Source: Raillietiella orientalis
Lineage: Eukaryota
DNA length: 64,000 nucleotides
NCBI GenBank assembly: GCA_036172245.1
Contig: JAYWIR010000029.1
Span: 2,418,001 to 2,482,000, forward strand
Direction: 5' to 3'
The notes under the pieces are model-generated. The model was given only the letters and a program-made list of their open reading frames with translations, searched no databases and had not been told where the DNA came from. The first letter of the stretch is position 1; every line of letters starts with the position of its first letter. A program made the position numbers and the translations under genes. This document shows, one piece after another, positions 49,372-62,400 of the stretch.

Positions 49372-51840
49372 GTCTTTGACTTCTTATGTACTCGTGTTTC
49401 TTTCTTCGAATTTCCTTTCTTAAGACCTAAACAAAACACACACACGAAATGAAAGCTCGGGCAAGTAAATCGTGATCACAATAACCATAAAGCTTTTCAA
49501 GAAACCCTTGACTAGAGGAGCATTTGAAATAATGTCGGGTCCTCCAGAATGATGTGTTTGATTGAGGGTAATATAAGACACGCAAGACATGACGAGTAGG
49601 AGCTGCACGGCACTCGATTACTCATCTCATAATTCTCATCTTTCTGCTTCTTTCGCCGATCTTACGAAGGGCAACCTGTTGGCTGCACTTCTGTATGTGT
49701 GGTAGTCTTCAGTAGGACCTCTAGGAAGAGTCCGCGCGGTTAGAATAGGCACGGTGACGAGGAAAAGTGAGTTACATTGAAGATATCGAAAAGCGGTTGG
49801 AACTCTTTTTCAGTTGGTTCCTTCTTGGTTCGAGTAAAGCCAAAGATTTATCTTTGGCTTTACCTAAACTATAGCAGAAACTCCCGGTCATTTTCGACGA
49901 CCAAAGCGACGCCAGAAAAGCCTCGTGGTGCTCGAGGTTCCAGCTAGGGCGTCCCTTTTTTGCTCTTCTGAAACGAAGTTCTCCTTGGGCCGTAACGGAA
50001 AGGAGTAGCTCGTGGGAGCCATTTTGAAATCTTTTCCTTTCAGGGTCGCATGCAGCTCAATGTGTTCGAGAACACAGAGCGCTCTCTTGTGGGTCCCTTG
50101 CTATACCCACGCAAAACACCTTAGGACGAAAATAGGGATCAGATTCGAGCAGATCAAAGCTGAAAGAGGAGATACTTCAGGGAGTTTTGACTCCAAGGCT
50201 CTTCAGGGCACGATCACTGCACGTTCTAAATCTTGGCCTGGATACTCATCAGTGAATCGCCGCTTTTTTCCTAAAAATTCAAGATGAACCGCAGCGGGGT
50301 GATTCTGGAGATGAGTTCACAGCCGACGCGTCCGTTAGCTCCCATTTTCTGACCCAGCCCTTCGATGGGACTGAACGTTTCAGCGGCTGCACGCATCCTG
50401 TCACCTCCTCCCTCACCCAAATGGTGGTGGAGGAAGAGGATTGGGCTCAAAGTCCCGAAGACCGAAATCTTGAAGCACCATAAAAAATAAACATGTGTGC
50501 TCATTATATATATGTTATCATATGCATTTATATGTAGATTAATATACAGGTTCATTTTACATGCATTTTTTTCCCCCCACTATTTTTAATTGTCATCATT
50601 ATTTTTAAATTTTCATAATTAGATGTTTATATATTCATCCAATATATACATGAATACATATAATGAACAGGTATTGAATCTGAATACATATTATTAACAT
50701 AATTAATGTCAATAGACAATGAAGGTGGACCTGGGCTGTGTTTCAGGGGATGTGCTGCTGCACATCCCTTTCGGAGTGGAAATTTCAATAAATTTGAATA
50801 AAGTATGCTAAAGTAGTATTGATTGATAATATGTAAGTTCATAAATATTAATAGATATATGTATCAAAAAAATTTGTATATGAATGTATATATAAACATG
50901 TGTATTAATCTATATAATAAATACATCTATTTATTTTTCTATTCGTTCGATATTTCTACATCCGGGATTTTGATCAGCTCCTGGAGGAGAGATGCTGCAC
51001 CATATGGGTGAAGGGGATCGTTCCTTTCGCTTTCAGATTCCGACAGTACACCTCCTGTTTTCTGGGACGTCTCTGGCGCCGTAATTGATGCGAGGTGATC
51101 TGATTGATCAGTTACGATAGGGATTCCTGCAAGTTTTCCATTCCTCTTGTGGGTGCTGGAAATGCAGGAAGCGGGAGTGATCGTGACTTTCGCAGCTTGG
51201 TGTCGTCGAAAGAATCCTGTTTTGGTCTCGGGATCCACTGCCGCTTCCTGAAGAAGGTGTGGGTTGCACTCCAGCCGTCAGACACTTGAGCCACTTGTGT
51301 GTGGAAGATAAGTGTCCACTTCTGCAGTTGGCAAACTTGTGGCTTCTTTGCTTCCCAGCTACTGAAAAATCTCATGTGCTGGCTTTACGCTGCGCACATA
51401 TTTCTTGCACATACCGACATAAAGAATTCCCGAGTCAGTAAAACACTCATGTGTGTGAGTTTGTGCCACATACGTTCCCATAGGCTGGGGAAATGCGCGC
51501 GTAGAGACCGACTTTGTCACTCCGTGCACACATCACTCAGCAAAGAGTGGGATGAAAGCGTGATGAAGCGATTGCATGGTTTCAAGTCTCGGAGGAGACT
51601 GCCATGTGGCTGCCATGTCACGCAACCCTCTTCTTAGGTGCGACTTCTGTCTGTTCTGAAGCTGACCGTCGCTGCAGACTCTCGAGACCGGTTTCAAGAA
51701 CCGGAAGCTAAGCAAGGCAGGGTTCTATGGAGGTGAAGTCACTGGTGGAAGCTCTGGGCCCACGAAACCAGGAAGGAGCTGTCCGCACCAAAAGCAGAAT
51801 CTGCAAACTCAACAGGACATCACTTCGCAGCAGCCTAAAC

Positions 51841-53020
51841 GCGCTCCAGAGGCGAAGAATGCGACCTCATTGGTCTTGAATGACTGAACAAACAGAAACA
51901 AAAGATCATAGACATCGCTATGGGAAGATGAAGGAACGCAGAATTTTCAAGTTGGCAGGAATCAGCTGCTCCGGCAAGCTGCCTCCTATTCAAGCAGCCG
52001 AGAACCTTCGAGGTTTGCAGAAACGCGCATCCGTTCCTTAGAGTGCGTACTTTAGAAACCAAAGAAATGTGAAATTTACTTCATTCCTTGGATCGCACCT
52101 TCTTTTTCTTTCGTTCTGGCATTGCATAGCTTTTGTAGGCTTGCTATGAAGAATGCTTGCAACTATCGAACACCTCTTCCCAAGGAACGAGATGGCTCTA
52201 TTTTCCCTATTCTAACAGCTACTCTCCTATTTGAAATATCAACGCATCCATCACTAACAATACATGAGGGGATTACGTGATGATCCAAAGGATTAGAAGG
52301 GACAGCAGTAAGGTAGCTATGGGCTATATTGCTGATGTTTGAGAAACGGAATTCGTGGAAACCTCTTATAGAGGTTAGAATGCACATTCTCCACATTCTT
52401 GGTAATACTGTCAATCTCCTCACAGAGAGTCACCACCGTCGAATCTCAGAGGGCCGAAACGTGATCATCGAATCTGGATGATCGAGCCATGATCGCACGA
52501 AAGGTGAAGTCGAGCAGATGAGGAGCGATCGTCATCTGCAATGGAGATGACCATGCGCAAGTCACGGACTGAGAATCCATTTTGTAAAACTCTCTACCTC
52601 CTGAGCCCCTCGGAAGCGGCGAGTTGCTGCAACACTTTAGAAACAATAGCGAAAATAGAGAAAGAAGATGAAAACTGAATACGGGAAAACAATCTTGCTG
52701 ACAGCTTTCTAGTCATTTCCGAGTTCTTTAAGCTTCGTGGTCCTTAGACTTACTGAGGGTTTATATCTCGATTAAACAGCAACTATGTACGCAATCATTC
52801 ATACATAGCCATTGAGACGTATCGCTAACATTACATCTCAGGCTCCACAGGAGAAGAACGTGACCGCCTCGGTCTCCATTAACTGAACAAATAGAAACAA
52901 AGACCATCGGCATCTCTGTGGGGAAATGCAGAAACGGAGAATTTTCACATTGAGTAGGAATCAGCTACTCCAGCGGGCTACTTCATATCCAAGCAGCGGA
53001 GAACCTTCGAAGTCTGCAGA
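51841..53020 (+). repeat. Diverged direct repeat, ~180 bp x2 (51841-52021 and 52841-53020)
   Basis: Shared blocks ACTGAACAAA.AGAAACAAA, AGAATTTTCA, AGGAATCAGCT.CTCC and CAAGCAGC.GAGAACCTTCGA. Confidence 0.85.
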
Positions 53021-56000
53021 GTCATATTTTCCGATATCCGATATTACATCTCAGTATCAGTTATCGGAAAATACGACCTCAGTGGTGCCTTTTATGCGTG
53101 AATACTGTCTGTAGTGTGGTTGTTCTTCACAGTTGATATCTTCACAGCATGGTCTTCCGGTAGTCTCAATATCTTTCAAAAGTAGTCTATACATACTTAT
53201 AGATAAATCTCCTCTCTCTCTCCGAGGGTGTACATATGCACATATATATATATGCATATATGTATAACATGAAGGTGCACATAAATATGTGCCTGTGGGC
53301 ATATGCATGTACTGATATTTGTATACCTACGTACACAGCCCACGAGCACAAGCGTTCTATAATTCCGTCGTGGGACCAAACTAACCTAACTTTCAACAGG
53401 GAAACATCTCCCGTGGTGTGCTCGAAAATGTGGAAGGCGAACCGTTCACTGCTTTGTCTGCAGCTACTCTTCAGGGAGTATTCTGCGTTTGGATCCACAA
53501 GGTATCACTGCAACGCGAGTAACCTGCGAAGATGTACTTAGCCGAAGTGCCTGTTGAAACACTGAAACCCAGCCCATCCGAGCAGATAAAACACACAGAC
53601 ACTCCTAAGATTAGGAAGAATCAGCCCAAATGGAATCGATGACTTCCCGAATATCACCAGCATCAAACTGATGGTATGCAACTTGATCCCGTTGGGAATG
53701 GGTCCCCGTAGAAGCATAGCACAAATCTCAAGTAGGAATGTAAATGGTATGGCAGAACAAATGCAGAGAAATAAACGTAGTGCGATGATTCCTGACGTCA
53801 CGGATACATTGATATGGGCGTAGCGTCGGAATGCATAGATAAAAGAAACAATCAGTAGCATAGCAAATTAAACGGGAAGCTGGAAACCAAAAGCCAGGAT
53901 CAAAGCTAGAGGTGTGAGAAAGTGCAACAGTATTTTGATCTTGATCTTTTTCACATTGCACCGCATTAATAGAAATAATACTCTCAAAGAAAACCGAGAT
54001 AGTCGAGTTGAGGATGCTGTAAAATCGAGAAGCACTTTCTCAGAGTTGACCGAAAATTAGTGATATCTTCAGAAATCCATTGTGTTTTAATCAGTATGTC
54101 AATATTGATAAACATGAGGGTTTTTTTTTCTTCATCGTTCCTCTGCTGTGATTGCAGCCAGGTGTATAAATCTCTCACTCCCATCTTCAGTTTTTTGAGC
54201 TTTTCAAACTTCGAGGCTGGTCAATCGCTTCAGGAGAACATCTACGAAAAAACTAGTCGCAAGTGGATATCTCCAGCTGCCTCACTTCGATGGCATTATG
54301 GCAGTCAGCAGCGATTTTTGCTCCTCACTGCATCTCGTCTCTTTCAGAGTAAAGCTAAAAAGAAAAAGAAGAAGAAGGAAAAGCTTTCTGTCCTTATTTG
54401 TATTGCGTCACAAAATCCCAGATGTCGCAGTCTTCCGGTTACCTGTTTTCTTTCGCAATTAAGCTGTGTGCCACTCCACTAAGTGGACGATGCAGCTGGA
54501 GTCCCGGCACAAAAGCTTGCTCTTTCTTATCAGCGAAGTACGAACACAAAGATCGCACTGCGAAGGTAGAGCAGAGCTTCTGTGGAAACGACCCAGACTC
54601 CTGTTCGGATAGAGGCACGTTTTCGATAGGAAGCATATTTTGTTTGCAGGCAGCGTTTCTATCCCCAACTTACTTTGAGTCCAACGTTCGATATACGCCC
54701 TCCCGATCTTTCCGAGGCTTCATCTCTCGCAAGCTCAACGCTTTCAACTTCTTGGTCAGCGATGCTTCTTTTTATTTCCCACCCACCCCCTTTTTTTGTC
54801 TGCTCTATCTCGTCACTACGAAACGAATTCTTAAAACCTGTTTTAAGTTATTTTTTAATGGCCAGCAGAGCAAACCCTTTTACAGCGCTCTCTCTACTTT
54901 CACTTTCCCATTTCCTCATCCTGGAATTTCGATGATCTTCGGGGACACCACGCTTGATTACTCCTCGCTCAAGGCGAGCGCTGACGCGCGACTTTCACTA
55001 TGCTCCCAGCTAACCAATCCATAAGCTCGACTAGAAAATAACTCCATAAATACCGTTTCCATGGCTACACACATCTTCCTGGACCTCTGTTAAAAGTGCT
55101 TGCTAATGGGCAGAGGCTACTGGACGCATTTAGAAAGAGTCATTCTGGACCTAAATGGGGAGATAGGAAAGGCATCGGCCTTTTTCCAGGAGCAGTGCGC
55201 ACCTTTCGCGGTGCATCCGCTCATGGTCTCCGTCTGGAAACGATGGCAGAGTGAGCATTCCGGGACAGCTCAGAATGGGATGAAGAATGTTTCTAGGTTT
55301 CTAGAAGAGCAGGTCCTCCTCAAAAGCAGCTGGAAAAAGACCCAGAAGGTTTTTACTGCTTATAGCGAAGACCGGAAGTCATCCTACGTGGGTTCTCGCA
55401 GTGCCTAGCAGGCAAAGCAGAGGCTGACCAATCCGAAGTCAGCCCTCTCCTTGGGGTCTCACGACGTATTACGACTTCGGAGAGTTGCCATTACATGAGG
55501 ATGTCCGCCCCGGATGTGAGAAGGACTGTGGTTGCTTCAGGACGAACCGGTACTTGGGAAACCTATCCTCGCACAGGGGCGTAGGGAAAAAAATTTAGAA
55601 CAACGGAACTCCTCGAAGAGTAAAATGAAACCGACAACCCGGAGGAAAAGTGAAGGGGGGAAGAGTGGTTAACCAAAAAAGAAGTTTGCGTCCCCATTCC
55701 GGGGGATGGAGGAAGACCCATGAACGACTGTCTGGTAGCTGAAAGGACACTTCTGACAGAGAAGAGGACCTTCGTGCTTCGGAAATCAGGAAAAAGGAAA
55801 GAGGAAGGGAGAAACTACTTCTGTGGTTCCTGGAGCCATATGGGTTTGAAGTTACGGCCTTTCTTTGGAACAGCTCCGGAGGAAATTTGACATAGTCGAA
55901 GAAACTGCAAGATCCAACGGACTGCAGCGGGATGGCAAGAAAATTGAAGAGGAGGAGGTTCTTCATTCACCCCAAATACTTTACAGATTTCATCCACGCT

Positions 56001-56084
56001 GCATCATCCCAGAACATGCCAGATTCTGTAGGGTTTACTTTCGAGGTTTCCTGGATGACCAGGTTGTGTTGTGGGTGGGCTGCC

Positions 56085-57625
56085 AGATTGTACCCGAGCT
56101 GGCGGACGTCTGGATGCGGCCTCTGCGCGTGGTACTGAGCGTTGTGGGTTCGAATCCCTACGTGGAGTAAGACGTCGAGAAATGGAGGTGTGCGTCGTGG
56201 GTTTCAAATCCCACCCCCCCCTCAGCAAGATGACGCTAGTTGGAGCACGGGCTTTAGGTGTGGCGGTGCTAGGGAAAGCCGGAAACCCCTGAATGCTCCC
56301 GTTGATTGGGCGGAACTGGAACTTGACCCTCTGGGGTGCTTTCAGAAATGAAGGAGCCGCTTCCCGACGGCGTTCCTTTCCGGTTGTGCGAATGAAGCCT
56401 TCCTTCTCGAAGGGGGGTTCTCCTTTGCATATGATGGAGCTGATTGATACCCTCCTAGGGGTTAGCCTCCCAGGATGTCAGGAAGAGCGCTGCTTCACTT
56501 GTATAGCGCCCTTCAGAGAAATCTGGGATGGGTTTCCTCCAGAGGAGGAAACCAGAAACGGATCCTTTCCGGGTGTTCCTCGGAGAAGAAATGAGAAGTG
56601 CCGCCATCTTCCCGGAAGGCTCCTTCGAAGGGAATAAGGAAGAGGATATCTTCGGGGTTCCCTTCCGAACGCAAAAAGAAGGGACTCCTTCCTTCTGAGC
56701 CTTCCTGGATTCACAGGGTGGTCCCTATGAAATTACCCTTCATAACTTGAAGAACCCATAACTTCGGACGAAGAACTTAGATGGTTGGACACACACGGGA
56801 CAGCTCACGGACGCTGCGACCACAAGTGCTCCACCGAGAGGACTATTGCGCTGGGTGAGCTGCTGAAAAATCCACAGGAAGAACTCGATTGGACCCCAGC
56901 CCTAAAGAGCAAGCGGACCTCTCTTTGAATATTGGAAGAGGTAGACACTTCTGCTGTTGCACTGGGGTCTCATATGCAACGTCCTCCGGTCTCACTGGAT
57001 CCGGGAGGACGTGGACTCGAACTGCTGCAGGTGCGGGGAACGGAAATCCCAGCTCTTGCACCTGCTTGTAGACTGTGTTGACCTCCGGTCCCTGAAATTG
57101 CTTTACTGCAACGATCCTTGGTGCACCGACGGACAGTCCCGGGACGTGATGAAGAGCCTCTTCGTGTGCGACACCCTTTCTCCTGTCGCATCCCCAGCAG
57201 CTCTTTGTTGAGGACGGCACAACAGGGACGCCATCTGCTCCGCCTTGCGCTTTCTGCAGACGGCAGCAAGATGACTCCACCTGGGGCATGCTCGGATGAA
57301 ACTTGCTTGCATCCTGGAAAGGATGCAAAGGATGCCCTCCAGCGGACAGCGATCCCTTCTCGTGCCTCCCAGAGTTTTTTTTTATTATTAATTTTTGTTT
57401 ACTTTTATTTGCCTCTCCCCTCTCCATTGCCGAGGCGAACCACTCCGGCCTGCTTGCCGGTCACTCGGAAGGTTCCAAGCATTTTCGGACAATGTAGGGT
57501 GCATAGCCTCACACATGTGTTTATTGTTTTTATAATAAACGTCCTGGAGTTACCGGGTGTTTAACCGATAACTTGAAGAGTTACACGCACCCTCAGGTGG
57601 CGTGGACAGTGTTGAGGAACCAGAT
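56085..57625 (+). mobile_element. tRNA-derived SINE (family B), near full length, interrupted by a LINE
   Basis: A-box-like TGGCGGACGTCTGG (56100), B box GGTTCGAATCC (56147-56157), conserved CAAGATGACGCTAGTTGG block, hairpin-array body, 3' hairpin CACGCACC-CTCA-GGTGGCGTG. Confidence 0.75.
56754..57567 (+). mobile_element. LINE family A 3' fragment nested in a SINE, with 12-bp target-site duplication
   Basis: CCRCGERKSQLLHLLVDCVDLR. Flanked by ATAACTTGAAGA at 56742-56753 and 57568-57579. Confidence 0.85.
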
Positions 57626-57699
57626 CCATCTTCCTTTCCCTCTTCCTCCACCCTCGTTTCGCTCTCGATTGCGTCTCGACAAGATTTTCGGGAGAATAG

Positions 57700-60600
57700 G
57701 GAGCTGTGCGTGCAGTAGGATCCTGTGACCTGCTTCTGCTTATTTTTCTCCGTTTGGACAGAAGCCTGTAAGGGAAAACATCGAATGCTCCACATGCTGC
57801 TTTGATCTGCCATGTTGACCTCTCTGATTTCTTATTCTCTAGCACTGCGCGTCCTTCTTGAGAGCTCCAGAAGATTTTTGATGCCGTGGTGGACACGGTG
57901 CAAAGACAGCTCTCTCCACTAATTCCAATCCCAGGCTGCCTTCCTTTCTTCATCCTCCCCGAAGAGACCAGGAGATATTCCGACACGGAAGTGGGACGCA
58001 ATCATCGCTCACAAGCAACACATTCCTCAAGCCTAGAGGATCGCGTTGGGACTTCACTTTTTTGCCAGGGTCAGCATGGATCCGCATACGAAAAGAGGGC
58101 GTCTTCTTAAGGAGTCAGTAAGGTTGCGGTTCTCGAGCGCCCCTCACCCTCAGCACCACTGTTGCTGGGCAGGAAGCCAATCCCCCTCGTGCTCCGGAGA
58201 GGAAAACAAAAATCTCCTCTTCCCGTCTTCGACTCTGTGGCTCTCGGAGAGTGGTGGCTCCGGGTGACGAGCTCGCACCACCTTGCTTCCTGGTTCTGCT
58301 GGAGAGGTCAAGGAGCGGCGTTGCTTCCAGCAGGTGCGCTAAGATATCGCAGGAGGGAGCTCCTGGAGACCAGTCAGGGAGAGCGGAATCACGAGGATGG
58401 GCGAAAGTTCTGGAGAAAACGTTCAGGAGTTCTCTAGATTTCTTTCCCTTTTTTCTTCTTACAGCGCACTGTTACTGATGGTGGTTGTCCTGACATCATT
58501 GGAGGGCATCACGTTATCCCTTTACATGGGAACAGGAAGGTCACGACGCTCTCTTTTGCTGTTAACTGGGCACTCATCTCCTTGCCAGGTTACACCTAGA
58601 GAAAGGGTTGAAGGACTCCCAAGAGAGTTCAGAATTCCCGGAACCCAATTTCAATGCTCCACACGAAGCGTCGGACCAAGGCAAGCGGCATCAGAATCAG
58701 GGTTTCGGAACTTTCCCATCTGGAAGAAGACTTGAGGATTGGAGGCCTCGTCATCTCAGTAAAAGCTTCCGGCGACCTCTCTAGAAGCTCGAGAGCAGCG
58801 ATACCGCTCCAGCCCCTTCCAGGAAAAGAAAAGAGAAATCCTAGGACTCCTCTTTTCCTCCTTCAACTGGCATCCCACATGTAGTCCTTATTACTTTCCC
58901 CTCCTGAAGAACCGGACTACGGCTCCACCTCGAATGATGGTCTTCCAGATGGCATCCTGGGTTGGTCGGTTCTCCTCTGGCTGAAGGAGCAAAGAAAGCC
59001 AAGCAGAGAAAACTCATGTTTGTTTACTGAGATCACAGAGGAGTAGCTCTGTCGGACCGATGGCGTCAATACCCCTGGGAGATCCTGGCCTCGCATCCCT
59101 CTGTCTCGTGGATTTTTTTTTTCTACGGCACCTTTCAGCCGTCTGGGATGTGTCTGGCGCACCCGAAAAATCCCACAGTGGGTCATGATGCCTGCCACCC
59201 GAGGTGAAGAGACGCCTCAGGAAATGTGGAAACTTCAAGGAAGCACTTAGAAGGAAATGCACTTCGGGGTTCTGGGAACGGGGAGCTCCGCAGCCGTCTT
59301 GGTGTGCTGGATTTTCAGATTGCCGTGTCCGCTATAGGGCTAGGAGGAGGCGCTCTTATCCCACTGCCGCCGTTACAAGAGTAGCACTCGCAATAAATCG
59401 GCTCTCCGCACTGACAGTGACTGCAGCAGCGACTCCGATAGACGACGGGAAGCTCTGCAACGGAAAAGAAAACGTCGGGGAAGGGAACATTAAACACCGG
59501 CAACAAGAATGGAGGCAATGCTGGAGCTACGCTCCTTGTGTGAAAATTCCTAGCTGTGTACGATGCCCTTTCGTAGGATGCACCCCATCCCAAAGAGGAT
59601 CGATCTAAAGAGTCTTTAGGAGCGCAAAGTCCAGTCGCGTACACAGGAGCCGAAGAGAAAGGAAAACAGATTTTTATCTTTCTGCCTTCTGCATTGGGGA
59701 CACTCGTGTACAACACCAGCTAGGAATGTGCGAAGTGACTGCGTGGAATGTTCTGGGAGTTCAGAAAAAGCTACATGAAAGATATGAGCACCATTCGAAA
59801 TGAGGCGAAAATCGGGATTGTCCTCAACTATCAGCACATCCTCTGATACTCGTTGGGCTCCAGAGAAGGCGACTGGCGTGAGAGATGCTTGACATCTCGA
59901 TTGACCTACATGGATTCCGGGAATATCCAGTTCACTTGTTTCATTCTTCGTTCCTCTGAGGATATCCTCGTTTCCTAAGGCTCCCTCGGTTGAGTTTCCT
60001 GGAACCCAGTTATGAAGCGATGTAAGAAAAAGGACAGAACTTCGAACTTTGCAACGATTCTTCAATTTTCCTCCTGTCTTCATCCTTTGTTTTCCCGTGT
60101 TTTGAGATTCTGCTCCTTTTTCTAATGTCCTGCTCCAGGAATTCGATCGGTCGTGGCTTTTTTGAAACTCCGGAGGCTTTGTCGTCGGTTCTGGAGGTTC
60201 CACGTAGCACCGAGCCCTGCTTCCCTTATCTCACACCGTGAGATCTTGGACTTTGCTTCTTCCAGCATCGGCAGCCGTACTGAACCCTCCGCGGCATCAC
60301 GTCAGCCACGCTTCCGGAATCGTTTCCGTCTTCGGAATTCCTGCTTTGCTCGGCAGCCTCAGCAGTCATAGGAACTCCCTTCTGCAAGCCGCAGCGGCCA
60401 ACCATCCCCGAGCAGATCTATTCGCTGCTCCTCCAATGCGGGATGACAAGCAGCTTAACAAGGAAGGAGTACAGGGAGATGCTGGCAGATGAGAAATGTC
60501 GGCACTGCATCTTATTCTGACCTAAAATTCCATCCCTCAGCGCGGTACTATCCAAAGCTTCTTGAACGCCCCGTGTCTGACATGTTTCGTCGTTCGATTC
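57700..60600 (-). mobile_element. Old decayed L1/Tx1-like LINE (APE-RT region)
   Basis: Degenerate motifs in the expected order across frameshifts: APE-like segment at 59600-60050, MWDA..RG (~58860), ARGDWLPA (PGxDGLPA-like), and MKKGRQP..WRELSL..SKIF (IPKKGK..WRPISLL..KI-like). Confidence 0.45.
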
Positions 60601-62049
60601 TTCATCATATATGTCAAGATGGCCGCTCCGGGGACTGCTGCTGCCCATGAAATTTCTGGGGCAGACAAATTACCTAACCGTAACTTCCCCTTTCCTCCAA
60701 TCTGCAATCTATGAATTCTAGAAAAATGATGTTTGAAATGTCAGTGGATTGTTTCTGAGCACCACTCGATCTGGATTCTTTCAAAAGTTCCCCTTTCAGG
60801 ACAAACGGAATGCGGATTCTCATTACCATCCATGAAACATCACTATGGGAATGTTCTTATGAAGATAGAGCATTAGGAGTGTTGAAGATTCCACCTATTA
60901 TCCAATTGTGTCTTTAGTGTTCTGCAGCTCCGTTTTTGAGGACTTCTCCATTTTTCATCCTTCATGTCTCCCTAGGAACTGTGCTCTCATTGATTGTCTC
61001 GCTCCAGAGACTTTGCTTTTAAAACCTGATTTCTTCAGACAGCCTTCCAAGTTATCCTTAGTGATGCGTGTAGACCAGTAACGAGGTGCAAGAACTCACA
61101 GTCACCTTCCTCAGAATTCTAAATTGAGCGAGTCCTAGGATGAACTCTATGGCGTAGATCTCCGATTCACTTTTGTATGACGTGCATTTGGACCAATGAA
61201 AGTGCCTATGAAAGCCAGCAACAACTCCCTTGACTAATCCTTCCCGGACGAACAAAGGCTTTCCTATTAAGGTACCACGTGCTAGGGTATTTCGGACGTA
61301 TCTTCAAGGCATCGACTTTTAATCCCTTAAGGCTCCACTTTCAACACACTGCTTTCGCAATTCGGCAAACTTCTCATTTCTTCCGTTAAGTGGAATTGGA
61401 ATTTTGGTATCACTTCTTTCGGACACCCTATGCATCCCATGTGAGACAGCTGGGGGGATCCGATTGATTCCTTTGTGAGGCGGAAAAAAACGCTGGCTAG
61501 CCAAGTACCCAACTTCTCTGAGGCAAGCTTTGAGTCAATGAGATACGTAAGGCACTGATGCTGAGCCTTGCTTAGCAACTCTGATCGCTACCGTTTGCGC
61601 TCGTCGTCCAAGAATATCCACCCCTCAAGTATTTGAGCGGAAGAAAGATAAACCTACTTATCCCTGCTGTCCTGAGAATGAATCCTCCATTTCCTTCAAA
61701 ATGGGCTTCGTAACAGATTTACTATTCAGATGCCAACATCACAGCATCAGAGTCCTCCGGGAGTCACCCACCAGTCAAAGGATTTTGAGGGTAAGTTCTT
61801 GTGTCTCTGACAAGAAGACAATGTCAGAGACCAAGGTCTTCGAAGAAAAAAAATACAGGCAGAATGATTGTTCCAGTGGCTTCTCGAGTTTTCTGCGGGT
61901 CTGCGTGTTTGCTGGATACATTTGAATGCATGGTGCCCCTTGGCTGCCACCACGGAGTCAGCCTTTGAGTGAAGACACATCCTTCAGGAAAGTCACCGGG
62001 CTTATGTTCAGGCTAACGCTACACGGGGAAATGAAGAATGTCCAGAATT

Positions 62050-62400
62050 GACCAACTCCATGGTACGCGGTGGAGCGTTCCCCCCAGAGAGGGGTGGGTA
62101 ACGACCCCCTTTTCGCGACCGGAGGGGAACGGTTCCTTGATTCCATGAAGGATTGCAAAGGGTCCACTTCCTATCCCTGTCACTTGACGAGGGCTTCTGG
62201 CTCCACCAGTGCCTCATCTGAAGCCCACAGGCCAATCAGTATCATCTTGTGGGTAGGGAGAGGGAAACCCACAACGCACCCATTTCTCGGCGTCGACCCT
62301 TCCCCGGGTGGGATTCGAACCCGCAACGCCTTGGTACCAGCGGGAAGAACGCAGCAGCCACGCCGCCGTCAACGCATGCAAACCGCATCGCCGTTCTCCC
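62050..62400 (-). mobile_element. SINE family B 5' partial copy
   Basis: B box at 62311-62321 (minus). Head aligns with 56130-56245; 62117-62150 aligns with 29263-29305. Confidence 0.72.

Noticed and set aside
54600..55400. Possible + strand APE endonuclease remnant (YAP, DAFRKSH)
   Set aside because: Motifs are too degenerate to support without an HMM search.
56090..56170. tRNA-like sequences with GGTTCGAATCC (also 45971 and 62311)
   Set aside because: No complete cloverleaf, and each is followed by a shared repeat body, so these are SINE heads rather than tRNA genes.
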